Part shown: one piece after another, positions 40,096 to 52,874 of the stretch | How the letters are laid out: every line of letters starts with the position of its first letter | How positions within the stretch are numbered: the stretch's first letter is position 1 | DNA from: Xylographa opegraphella | Taxonomy: Eukaryota | DNA length: 64,000 nucleotides | Reading direction: 5' to 3' | Assembly (NCBI GenBank): GCA_022813865.1 | Contig: JALDZX010000013.1 | Coordinates: forward strand, 248,001-312,000 | Made by a program: the position numbers and the translations under genes | The notes under the pieces: generated by a model | The model's input: only the letters and a program-made list of their open reading frames with translations | Database searches by the model: none | What the model was told of the DNA's origin: nothing

Positions 40096-43000
40096 ATGAA
40101 AGTGATTCTTGACTGGTAATTGGTTTTCGGGAGATATAGCTGGAATACTTCAGCATTGAACAGAAGCTCCGGAATCTTTTCCTTTTGTCTGAGATTCCCG
40201 TGTGTTGCTTGATACTTGTAGATTTCCTGTCGTAGCGGCAGAAATTTTTTCGGTCTTTACTGGAATTCCTTCGATTGCCTCTGCACCAGCAGGATCCTTG
40301 TGTCCTCAATCCGAGCAATCTACCGACCGTTTGAAGTGTTTTTTTTATCGCTCTCTCAGGTAATGCAGTACAAGACAGTCAATTGAGGACAACACCCGTC
40401 TTCTTTATGAGACGGTTGGCCAACAAGGTGCAAATTCCTCAATGAAAATGGAACTGTCTCGCTTTGCAGCTGCTCATACACAGAGACCCATGATCCTTGA
40501 GTTGGAGGATGGCTCTTTTTGTCATGGCTGGAGCTTCGGTGCAGATCGAAGCATATCGGGAGAGCTAGTTTTTCAGACTGGTATGGTAGGATATCCGGAA
40601 TCGGTCACGGATCCCTCGTACCGGGGCCAGATCTTGGTCGTGACCTTTCCTCTTGTTGGCAACTATGGTGTACCATCAAGAGAAACCCGAGATGCACTTC
40701 TCAGCGACCTTCCTGCACATTTCGAAGCTTCCGGGATACACATCGCCGGCCTCGTCGTTGCTTCTTACACGGGGGAAGATTTCTCACATCACTTGGCGAC
40801 CTCGTCACTAGGAACTTGGCTCAGAGAGCAAAACGTCCCTGCAATACATGGGGTCGATACAAGGGCTCTGACCAAAAAAATTCGTAAGCAAGGAAGTATG
40901 CTGGGAAAGCTGTTGCTCGGGAAAAGTGATGTTGGCAAGCACAAAGTCAATGGGATTACGGCTGCGAGCAAAAACTTAAGACACGATCACTCTGTTCATC
41001 AGCGAGACAACTACGAGGATATTGACTGGGTAAACCCAAATGCCGCCAACCTCGTTGCAGCTGGTGAGAGGCTTCACTGTTTCTATGCCCGAATGTTCTG
41101 ACTGGTCTCTCAGTTTCCTGTCACGAGCCTCACCTTTATCACCCAATGAAATCCAATGCTTTATTTCATCCCTCTGGCCGACCTGTTCGCGTTGTCTGCG
41201 TTGACGTTGGATTGAAATTCAACCAGCTGCGTTGCCTATCATCGCGGGGTGTGGAAGTCCTAGTTGTGCCTTGGGATTATGACTTCACTCCGCTGGCTGG
41301 CAAGGACTACGATGGCTTATTCATCTCAAATGGACCTGGAGACCCTGCTCTGCTCGAAAATACGATCACGCACATCTCGACGGCCATGGCGGATGGTAGA
41401 ACGCCAATATTTGGAATATGTTTGGGCCACCAGCTGCTAGCTCGCGCGGCCGGAGCTTCAACCCTAAAGATGAAGTTTGGTAACAGAGGGCACAACATTC
41501 CATGCACAAATAAGCTCTCTGGGAAATGCTACATTACCTCTCAGAATCATGGCTATGCTGTTGACGCGATGAGCTTGCCAGAGGAATGGGAGGAACTCTT
41601 TGTCAATGCGAATGACGAGAGTAACGAAGGAATCAGGCATCGACACCGACCATATTTCAGCGTTCAATTCCATCCAGAGAGCGCCCCAGGACCACGAGAT
41701 ACAGAGTTTCTTTTTGACGTCTTTATTGATACGATAATGAAAAGCTTGTCCAGCGTGGAAACCTTGCTACAGCCGGTAACATTCCCAGGTGGGACTGCGG
41801 ATGAGAACGAATCGCTCCACCCTCGAGTGATTGTGAAGAAAGTCTTGGTACTTGGAAGTGGAGGTTTGAGTATTGGTCAGGCGGGAGAGTTCGATTATTC
41901 CGGCAGTCAAGCTATTAAAGCACTCAAACAAGAAGGCATCTATACCATCTTGATCAACCCTAACATTGCCACTATACAAACATCTAAAGGATTGGCGGAC
42001 AAAGTGTATTTCCTGCCTGTAACTGCGGAATTCGTGCGCAAAGTTATCATCCATGAACGCCCAGACGCCATATATGTAACCTTTGGTGGTCAGACAGCAT
42101 TGCAGGTTGGGATTCAGCTCAAGGACGAATTCGAAGAGCTCGGTGTGCAAGTACTGGGCACACCGATTGACACAATCATCACAACGGAGGACCGCGAGCT
42201 TTTCGCCCGCAGCATGGAATCCATTGGTGAAAAATGCGCCAAGTCCGCGTCCGCGAGCTCCGTAGAGGAGGGACTACGGGTAGTAAAGGATATTGGGTTT
42301 CCCGTTATAGTCCGTGCTGCGTATGCTCTTGGTGGCCTCGGTAGTGGGTTTGCGTACAACGAGAAAGACCTCGTGGAGCTCTGCAACAAAGCTTTCGCTG
42401 CTAGTCCTCAGATCCTGATCGAGAGGAGTATGAAAGGTTGGAAGGAGATCGAGTACGAAGTCGTTCGCGACGCACGGGACAACTGCATTACAGTCTGCAA
42501 CATGGAGAACTTCGATCCCCTGGGAATTCACACTGGTGATTCTATTGTCGTTGCGCCATCACAGACTCTCTCAGACGAAGATTACAACATGCTACGAACC
42601 ACGGCCGTGAATGTGATTCGTCACCTTGGGGTTGTTGGGGAGTGCAATATACAGTATGCCTTGAACCCCTTTTCTAAAGAGTACTGCATTATCGAAGTGA
42701 ATGCCCGGCTCTCAAGGTCCTCTGCGCTTGCCTCGAAAGCTACCGGATATCCTCTAGCATTCGTTGCTACCAAGCTAGGTCTAGGGATTCCTCTCAACGA
42801 AATATCAAATACTGTTACAAAGGTGACATGTGCCTGCTTTGAGCCTTCACTGGATTACGTAGTGGTAAAGATTCCTCGATGGGACCTCAAAAAGTTCACT
42901 CGGGTGTCCACGCAGCTTAATTCGTCAATGAAAAGTGTAGGAGAAGTCATGAGTATTGGTAGAACTTTTGAAGAAGCAATACAGAAGGCCATCCGAGCAA

Positions 43001-46000
43001 TCGACTTTCACAATCTAGGTTTCAATGAGACAAACGCCCTGATGTCGATTGACAATGAATTGCAGACTCCATCGGACCAGCGCCTCTTTGCGATTGCAAA
43101 TGCCATGCACTCCGGATACTCCGTGGATAAGATCTGGGAGATGACGCAGATCGACAAATGGTTTCTTCGTAAACTTAAAGGCCTGAGTGATTTTGGAAGG
43201 CACATGAGCACATATACCGCATCGACAGTTCCCTCAAAACTCATCTTACAGGCAAAGCAGTTGGGTTTCTGCGACCGACAACTTGCCAAGTTTTGGAGCT
43301 CAACCGAATTGGCCGTACGTCGGATACGTATAGAGGCGGGTATTACTCCTGTAGTGAAGCAGATCGATACCGTGGCTGCGGAGTTCCCGGCATATACGAA
43401 CTATCTTTACCTGACCTACAATGGATTGGAGAACGATGTCGAGTTTGAGGACCAAGGTGTTATGGTTTTGGGGTCTGGTGTGTATCGGATTGGATCCTCT
43501 GTAGAATTCGACTGGTGTTCGGTCAGAGCAATTCGCACCTTGAGAGATCAAGGGTTTAAAACGGTCATGGTCAATGTAAGTCATGAATTTCCTTTGGATT
43601 TGTCTGATTGGAGTGGGTTGGACCTCGTTCCTCACGGACCTACCGCTGGTGTGGATCTGGCAAGGGTGTTTCTCCCTGAGGCCTTGATGCGTGGTGACAA
43701 TGCACCAATATCCCCTGAGCTCTGACGAAATATTCAATTTGGCCGACAACTTACAAGACATGTACTGACTTTGTTCTTCAAAAAGTACAATCCCGAGACT
43801 GTAAGTACAGATTACGATGAGGCAGATCGGCTTTATTTTGAGAACATCAATCTCGAATCTGTACTCGATATATACCAAATGGAATCTTCCAGTGGCGTGA
43901 TCATTTCAATGGGAGGCCAAACCCCAAACAATATAGCATTGCCCCTTCATAGACTGAACGTCAAGGTATTAGGAACGTCGCCGGAGATGATAGACACGGC
44001 CGAGAATCGATACAAATTCTCACGAATGCTGGACCGGATATTCGTTGATCAACCAGAATGGAAAGAGCTGACGAGCATAGAGGAAGCCACAATATTCTGT
44101 GACAGGGTTTCATACCCTGTCCTCGTCCGGCCATCATATGTACTCTCAGGAGCTGCGATGAATACAGTCTATTCGCAAGACGATCTTGCAAACTACCTCA
44201 ATCAGGCAGCTGAAGTGTCTCGAGATCATCCAGTCGTGATCACCAAATATATTGAGAACGCGAAGGAAATAGAGATGGACGCAGTAGCTCAAGACGGGAC
44301 CATGGTCGGACATTTTATCTCAGAGCATGTGGAGAATGCAGGAGTTCATTCCGGAGATGCCACTCTGATCCTACCTCCCCAGGATCTCGATCCAGAGACC
44401 GTCAGGAGGATAGAAGAAGCTACTCGCAAAATTGGCAATGCGCTTAATGTTACAGGGCCATTCAATATCCAATTTATCGCAAAAGACAACGAAATAAAGG
44501 TTATTGAATGTAATGTTCGGGCGTCCCGATCTTTTCCGTTCGTCTCAAAAGTTATGGGCGTTGATCTGATAGAAATGGCCACGAAAGCTATCATGGGACT
44601 ACCTGTAGACGCATATCCGGAGACAAGTATTCCAAAGGATTACGTCGGAGTCAAAGTACCTCAATTCTCATTTTCTCGTCTCTCTGGTGCAGATCCAGTC
44701 CTGGGAGTTGAAATGGCATCAACAGGTGAGGTGGCATGCTTTGGTCGTGACAAGTACGAGGCATATATCAAGGCTTTGATATCTACGGGTTTCCGCTTGC
44801 CAAAGAAGAACATTCTACTTTCCATTGGTTCTTTCAAGGACAAATTAGAAATGCTTCCTTCCATCGAGAAGCTCCATCGAATGGGTTATAACCTCTTCGC
44901 AACAGCAGGTACAGCTGATTATCTTCAGGAGCATGGCCTTCCTGTCAAGTACCTGGAGATTCTGCGGAACGAAGAAGCAAATCAAAAATCGGAATACTCT
45001 CTGACTCAGCATCTGGCAAACAATCTTATTGATCTTTACATCAATTTACCGTCCAGTAACCGCTTTCGAAGGCCGGCTAATTACATGAGCAGAGGCTATC
45101 AGACGCGTCGTATGGCAGTCGACTACCAGACTCCTCTTGTAACGAATGTTAAGAATGCAAAAATACTGATTGAAGCAATTGCCAGGCACTTCGACCTCGA
45201 GATCCTGAATATCGACTACCAGACCAGTCATCGCACCCTAGTCCTACCTGGTCTTATCAATATCGCAGCCTTCGTGCCGAGTGTTTCAGTACAAGGTAGC
45301 CACGACTTACAGATAGTGACCAGAGCCTCAATTGCAGCTGGTTTCAGTATGATCCGGATCATGCCTATGGGAGTTGATGGATCCTTGACCGATGCTCGAG
45401 CTCTAAAGATAGCACAAATCAACAGTCGCCAGGGCGCTTACTGTGATTACAATTTCTCTGTTTCCGCTACCTCCACGAATTCAGAGCAGGTCGGCCAAAT
45501 TACCAACCAGGTTGGATCATTATTCATACCATTCAATCACTTGTCGGGCAATATTAGTAAGGTTGCAGCAATTACATCGCATTTCGGATCCTGGCCGATT
45601 CATAAGCCTATGATGACAGATGCGAAAACAACGGATCTAGCTTCCGTGTTACTGCTGGCAAGTCTACACGACCGGAAGCTTCACGTAATGAACGTGACTT
45701 CTAAGGACGATATCATGCTCATTGCATTGAGCAAAGAGAAAGGCCTCAAGATTACTTGCGATGTTTCGGTGTATTGCCTCCTCTTATCGCAGGAAGACTT
45801 TCCACAATGTTCCTTCCTCCCTACTAAGCAGGACCAGCAGGCGCTTTGGGAACATCTAAGCATTATCGATATTTTCTCAATCGGAAGTTTGCCCTACCAA
45901 GTGGCTATCGAAGCCAAGGCAGACGTGACTCCAGCCGTTGGAATAGCCGACACGCTTCCGCTTCTTCTTACTGCATTGTATGAGGGGCGTTTAAGCCTGG

Positions 46001-47489
46001 ACGATATCACCACTCGCTTGCATGACAACCCTAAAAGGATCTTTGAACTGCACGATCAAGCCAGCACGTCCGTCGAGGTCGAGGTTGACAGAGCTTACAC
46101 CTTACTCCCATCAGCTGTCTGGTCTCCTTTTGCTGGAAAGACAATGCGAGGGTCTGTCACCAGAGTGATGTTCCAAGACAAGACTGCGTGCCTTGATGGA
46201 GATCTCGTTATGGACTCGGCGCATGGAAAAGACATGTCTGCTCACAGTCTTTCACCAGCTTCACCTGAAATAAAATGTGCCGCATCTCCAGCCTTGCAAC
46301 CTCGTCCCGATAGCTCTCATGGGCGACGGCAGTCACTCCTTTCATCAAGACCCATCAATCGCATTCGAGCTCAGCTTGATGGCCAGCAGCCCGCAATCGG
46401 ACCAACATCTGCCATAGCCGAAGATCTTGGCCCACCCCTCTACCATCCGATTTCCACCACTGGCACCTCTCCCTCTCTGCTCGAGCTCCTCTCCCGCTCT
46501 CCTTTCAAGCAGCGTCATATACTCAGTGTTACCCAGTTTTCTCGTCAAGATCTCCACCTTCTCTTCACAGTTGCCCAAGAGATGCGTCTTGGCGTTCAAC
46601 GCGCCGGAGTTCTCGACATTCTCCGTGGGCGGCTCCTCTGCACCCTCTTCTACGAGCCCTCCACGCGCACTTCCGCCTCTTTCGATGCCGCGATGCAGCG
46701 TCTCGGTGGGCGCACTCTTCCTATATCCACCGCCCACTCCTCCACGCAGAAAGGCGAGTCGCTTCAGGATACGATTCGTACTCTAGCTTGCTACGCAGAT
46801 TGTATCGTCTTACGCCACCCGGACCCCGACTCCGCTCGCGTCGCTGCGAAGTATTCCCCTGTCCCTATCCTCAACGGCGGCAACGGAAGCGTCGAGCACC
46901 CCACACAGGCATTCCTCGACTTGTTCACCATCCGCGAGGAACTCGGCACCGTCACGGGGCTGACCATTACGTTCGTTGGAGACCTCCGCTACGGTCGCAC
47001 CGTGCACTCTCTGGTCCAGCTACTCGCCCACTACGCAGTAACCATTCAGCTCGTCTCGCCCGCTGTCCTCGCCCTCCCGTCCACCATCCGCGCCTCCCTT
47101 ATCAGCTCTGGCCAGCTGTCCGCGGAGTCTACTGCACTGACCCCCGAAATCGTAGCACATAGCGATGTGCTGTACTGCACACGCGTGCAGAAAGAGCGCT
47201 TCGAGGACGCTGCTGTGTACGAGAGTGTCAAGGATAGTATTGTCATCAACAACAAGGTGCTCAGGGACGCAAAACCGGGTTGCGTGGTTATGCATCCGCT
47301 GCCGAGGAACAATGAGATAGACGAGGAGGTCGATTTTGATGGACGGGCGGCGTACTTTAGACAGGTGAGCTTCACGGGTCCTGGGGCTGACATGTAATAG
47401 AGAAACGCGTGGCTGATAGTTATGCTCTACAGATGCGATACGGGCTGTACTGCCGCATGGCACTGCTGGCCCTAGTGATGGCGCCTTAG
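40096..47489 (+). CDS. URA2: Multifunctional pyrimidine enzyme GATase-CPSase-(cryptic DHOase)-ATCase
   Basis: [48 protein letters not shown], ATCase [22 protein letters not shown]. Introns 41064-41113, 43576-43785, 47365-47432; last exon [18 protein letters not shown]. The 5' start is uncertain (40096 via a leader intron, or 40442). Confidence 0.95.
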
Positions 47490-49217
47490 CGCTAGAATAG
47501 ACGAAGGGGGCGGACGAATCGATCGAATATGGTAGAGCAAAAGAGGGATGTGGTTGAGAGTCGACTCTGGGAGGAAGTAGTGGATTGAGGGTTCGCTGTG
47601 CGAGCGGGAGGCTTTGTCGGATTCGAGATTGTGCGAGCAGAAGCATTTGCTGTGACGGGCCGAGGGCGGCTGATCAAAAAAGTTTTGTTTGTACAGGACA
47701 GAAAAAGTTTAGAGATTGTATGGGCGAGTGGAAGATTTACATTGGGCGCGAGGGGGCTTTAGTATCTTGGTAGATTAAAAGTGATGGAGCTTTCGACGCA
47801 CAATCTGGTCGGTATTACAATATACGTCTGGAAAGGCACTGAAATGGAAGGGACGTGGCTAGACTTCACGTGACGTGTTGTTACAAACGGAGGCTCGTGT
47901 GAGTGTACGAGCCAGCTATACCCTTTAGAATCTCATGAGCCACGCGTCCTCGAATCCCTCTCCCGACTACTACGGGACCGCTCCGATTGCGTATATAGAG
48001 GGGGAGAGCTCTCCTAGCGAAACTGCTATATTGCGAGATATCCAATACGGAATGGAGTTCTCGACCCGGTAATCATCTTCTCAATTGCTACCTCCCACGC
48101 ATAATCTTATAGGTACGCAGCACGTTCTTAACTTGCATTTATTTATTGTAGCGAAGTTCAATGGAAATTTGCTTCTGTGATAAACTCTGCTGTTAGAAGT
48201 GGGCGGACTGACGAGGCTGTGTTTCGGTTCCTGCTGCGCAGCTGAGCTGTGATTGGATTGCTTATCTTAGAGTGCGGTGGCTGTCCAATCAGGAGTGGTG
48301 TCCTGGCAGTGGGCGCTGGAGTGGTTAGGGGGTTAGTCGACTACCGACATTTTGTTTGTAGGTATGTTGCGCGTCCGTAGCAGTCGCATCGCGGCAGCGG
48401 TGTTCGATCTTGGATTCTGGCATTGAGAGTAGATGTGTACTCGGTCCGGAGGTGAATAGCTTGGGCTCGCTGTTGCGGCTCATGCGCGCTCGATTATCAA
48501 ATCAGGCCGTCGGGACTTCCGGTTGATATCTCAACCCCTTTCCACCTGTGCATCAGATTAAACAAGCGCCTGAACCAATCGCCTCCGTCCTTTCCAGCCT
48601 ACGCACCGCGCCACACCAGAGACATGCATGTTTCCCAGACCAATCCTCCCCGGTGCTACTCCGCCCTCCGAAATAGGCATCTTTGCTGAAAGCGAGGTTT
48701 CATGAGCCCCGATCGGGGACTGCAGGCCTCGTGTTGTTCTGTACTTTATGGATGGAGCTCGTTTGCCAATCGTGGGTGATGGTTGGGTGTGAGACAGCTT
48801 GTGTGATCCTCTTTGGGAACTGGTCCTGCGTTGCGGAGCGGGTTGCTTGGGCGGTTTTGTCCCGGAATAAGGGTTCTTGTTCCTGCTCCTTTGATCCTTG
48901 ATTGCCTTTTTGGGCGGTGGGCATGTGATGGGGGACTGGAAGATGGTAGGAGGGTGAGATGGGGGTTCGCGTGGGCCTTCAAGGTGGGGGATGGGGGTAT
49001 AGATGGTCGTCTTGCCCTTCGATGTATAGTCACTTTGCATCACTTCTCGCCGTCTTTATTGTACCGGACTCGATTCAGCGTTCTCTTCTCCTGGCTCTTT
49101 CTGTTTACTATTCTACTTCAACACATCCACTTCCCCCTCCGCCTCCTCCTCTCTCCAATTCCCCCCCTACAACCACATCCACCACCACCAACTTCCCCCC
49201 AAAAATGCACCTCCCAC

Positions 49218-49350
49218 CCTCCTCCTCCTCCTCCTCCTCCCGCCCCTCACCCTCCTCTCCGCCCTCCCCCTCACCCTCGCCACCCCCCTCTCGTGGTTTC
49301 TCTTTTTTTCTTCTCTCTCTCTCTTTCTCTCTCTCGCTTCTCCCTCTGTC
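49218..49350. repeat. (CCT)n and (CT)n low-complexity tracts
   Basis: cctcctcctcctcc... at 49218-49240 and tctctctct... at about 49303-49350. Confidence 0.75.
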
Positions 49351-50590
49351 TGTCCTTTGGCAGTGGGGGTATGGGGTACACTTTCCTAACGACTCCCTCG
49401 GCAGGCCGGTATGGTAGCTTGCGAACGGGCAAGCAGCGTGTTAAGCAGTCTGGAGCGGGCGGTGCGCCTTACATCCTGTGCGCATCGGCCATAGCGAAAA
49501 GAGGGGAGGGAAAGGAAAGCCTGGGGCGAGGCACAAGACATCGTAATTCCGCAGCATATGCTCGAGTGAGCGTCGTTAATGGGTGCGCGGTTGGACGGTG
49601 GTGACGGGTTTTAAGCGCCCGCTTTGCTCCCAGCCGATGGGATATTTTGCTTATCGAGGGGGGGGGGAATGCTTTTCTGCTTCCCGAAGCAAGTGCGGCT
49701 TTCTAGGGCTTTGTGGTTATAGGCTGGTGTTCGTGCGTGGTGTTGCGGTCTGTTTGTTTTCGTTCGACTGGCGGGACTTAATTGGGAGGGATGAATTCGC
49801 AGTTCGGGTCTATGATCTTATCGAGTCGAGTTCTTAGAAGGCGGTTATACTTAATGGTGGATTTACCCCTTTTTATTAATAGCTGTGGCGATCTTGCGTA
49901 TGAGTTATGATTGCGGGCTTATAGCTGTCGGTTGTATGGGAGCACATATTCACTCACTCACTCACTTCCCCTGTATGCATAGGAGAAGAATCTGACCGCT
50001 ACCGTTGACGGAACCCTCCCTGCCTCCCGCCTCATAAAACCCAGGTGTATAACTACGAAAGCCGTACCGCCCCGTACCTCCCTTCCCCCCTCTCTCATCG
50101 TGGTACCAGGTCCGTCCACCGCCTGCACCCTTCACCCACTCTCTACGACCTCGGCTCCAATTCGCAAATCACGCATCTCCTTTCTCCCGCGCTACCCGCC
50201 TAGTCATTACATCAGACATTCCCTCTGAGTCACAAACAGCGAATCAGCAACGAGGAAGGAAAAGGGCGCAACTATTCTCCCACGAAGATTCAAACGCGAT
50301 GTATTTGGTTTTGTATTTGTGTGTTCGTTACGCTGTGCTAGATAAGAACTGAAAGCGAGGTACAGTTAGATACGCGGTGCAGGAAGTATGATAAGCATGA
50401 GCGCAAGGGGAGAAGGAACATGGTTACAGGTCTGAGAGGTGAAGATGTCTTGATAAGTTCATTAAAAGGATGGTGGGGTGAAAATCAGGAGGAGATTGTC
50501 CAACAAGGGGGAATAGGACGCCAACCACCTCCTCCATTCGGCCACACAAGCTAGGAAAGGCGAGCAGTATAACAAATGGTAACGAAAGCC

Positions 50591-52874
50591 TCAATCCACA
50601 AGAACGCTCCAGATACCTCCACTGCTATCATCAGCGCCACCAGCCCCGGCACGCAACACGCCCACTCGGTCGCAAACCACCAGGTCCCCTTTCTCGCACA
50701 CGAACCGCAGACTGACGCGCCGATCGTAGAGCAGCCGATCGATTGTTCTCGCCATATCTTGGGTTGCGTTCTCGAATGACACGCGGGTAGGTAATGGGTG
50801 CGTGCCGGTTGCGGACCACCGATCGTGCCAGTCCAGACAAGCGGTGTTGCTGACGGGGTGGCGGACCACCAGGGCGTGGGGTAGGGGCGAATCTGCCGTT
50901 GAAGTCGAGGCCGCGACCTCTTCATGCCATGTCACGGTTTCGAGTTCTTCCGCTGTGTGTGGAGATGGGAGGTGTTGGAAAAAGAGTCGTGAGGTGGCGA
51001 ATAGTGTGGGCGCGGAACCTGCCGGTGGGGGTTGTGTGCATATGAAGAAGTCGAATCTGGGAACGTAGGTGAGTGGCCAAATGCTCGGGCTTGTGCCGTG
51101 TTCATACCTGGCTGAAGTCGAGTCATGAGCTGGGAAAGTGTTGACCTGTGTATCACTGGTTTCGTGGACATGTTCGTCTTTGACGGCGGTCACCGGAAGA
51201 ACATCAAGATCAGCTATCAATAGAGTCTTGTCGATCTTGAAAACGACATCGTAGTTCTGTTTCGAGATGACCTCTTCTGACACAGGTAGGCCAGTCCCTT
51301 GACGCGTTGAGACAATCTTGCCGAAATCATCAGCTTTGCTGACAATCAAGTCACTGTCAGAAATCTCGGCGAATCCGCGAACTATTATAGGGGATTGATA
51401 TTCCGCTAAACCTCGCAGCTTTGCCATGTCCACGCTCCGAAGCGAACATTGCCCGACTGTATCTGTGCCAGGCCGCACGATCATACCAGATGGATATAAA
51501 TGCTCAAAAGAAACATTCATCTCTCCCCAGTTGTAGAGATCTGATTTCTCGCGGAAGCAATACGGTCTGTCGTTGTGATGGACCAGGTCATGGGTTAGTG
51601 CAACGTCCACGGCATGGACTGTTCGGTAGGAACCGTCAATGCCGACCGCGATTGAGCAATGCCAAGGTGTCATCCCGAGAGAGTCTGTACTTTGAGGTAT
51701 CAATTGTATCGGCAATTTTGTCTTGCCTATTGAAGGGTGGATGGAAAGCCGGACATAGTCCGAGAAGCTTGATTGTAAGGCTTTCGCGAATATCTGTAAC
51801 CGAGTACCAGTTATATTATGCTCTTACAAAGTGTAGAAATGTCGCAATCGACGCACCTTGCCTCGAACAATCATTGCAGTAGCCACATCTTTCACATGTT
51901 TCTTGAACTTCCCCTTCGTGCTTCTTACTTCTGTTGACGAACACTGTTTCAAGTCGACGGCGAGAAATTTCAAATATCCGCGGTAGGTCATACATGTATC
52001 CTTATCGTCGCGTATCTGCCTCCTGACATCGAAGTTCGGATCGTCAAACTTGGCAATAAGTTCTCGCCGATAACATGATGCATGGGTCGTATATTCCTCC
52101 TTCGCGAGACCATTGTGGTGGATGCCGAGCAAATCCAAAATGCGGGCAAATCTGATGTACCGAAAACCTTTGGATACTGCCATTTCTCGAAGGGATTCGC
52201 CATACGCCCAGACTTCTTCGTCCGGGACGCTAAGAATATCTACGCAGCTTATCAGTCCGTGTAAGTTGATTGTTGAGAATTAAAGAGTTCCATAATTTAC
52301 CACTGTAGACTATTCCATCCGAGAGGATGGTAATTTCAGCTCCAGGCTTATACACCTCGGTGATGGTTTCACATAAACCGTTGAGATGGGCCAAGGCCAA
52401 TTCTTCCCCAAGATCAGGCAGTGCGCCGATGACTTTGTCTACCTTGTTGGGAGACTTGAAAGGGAACGCTGGGAGTATCATTCGTACTGGCTTTCCAGCA
52501 TCAAGATATCCTTGAATAGCAGGCAGGAAGTCGAGTTTCCCAAGCCACAACTGTTCCGAACGATGCGTGTTGTGACCATAACGCTCTAGTATATCCAGTA
52601 TCAGTGACGCCACTGAGCATTGAGGCTTCTCAGGCTTCGGCCGCAGTGGAAGTTTGATGTCAGAAAATGTGGGCATATCGTGATCGAAACTCAGGAGAAT
52701 CTCATCTACTGTCGACGCCGGTGATTCTGGACCGCTATAGACCCTGCTGGAGCCAACCATAATTCCCTGCCATTCCAAAAGGGTTCGGACTTGCTTTTCA
52801 AGGATGGCAACGCGATCAGCTGGTCCATTGGCTAGAAAAGTCTCCATCACAGCTTCGCTTGAATCGTTGAACAT
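50591..52874 (-). CDS. Isocyanide synthase (Dit1/PvcA family) fused to a degenerate TauD-like domain (~719 aa)
   Basis: Exons 52874-52301, 52239-51857, 51793-50591. ICS motifs LPAFPFKSPN, LPDLGEELAL, SDG, VWAYGESLR, TYRGYLKFL, RLSIH, TPWH. C-terminal PIIVRGF, TLFATSR, LVVRHP, KGDLVVCD. Confidence 0.92.

Noticed and set aside
45230..46220. DHOase domain of URA2 lacking the HxH zinc ligands ([10 protein letters not shown])
   Set aside because: A cryptic DHOase is the normal state of fungal URA2/pyrABCN, so it is not novel.
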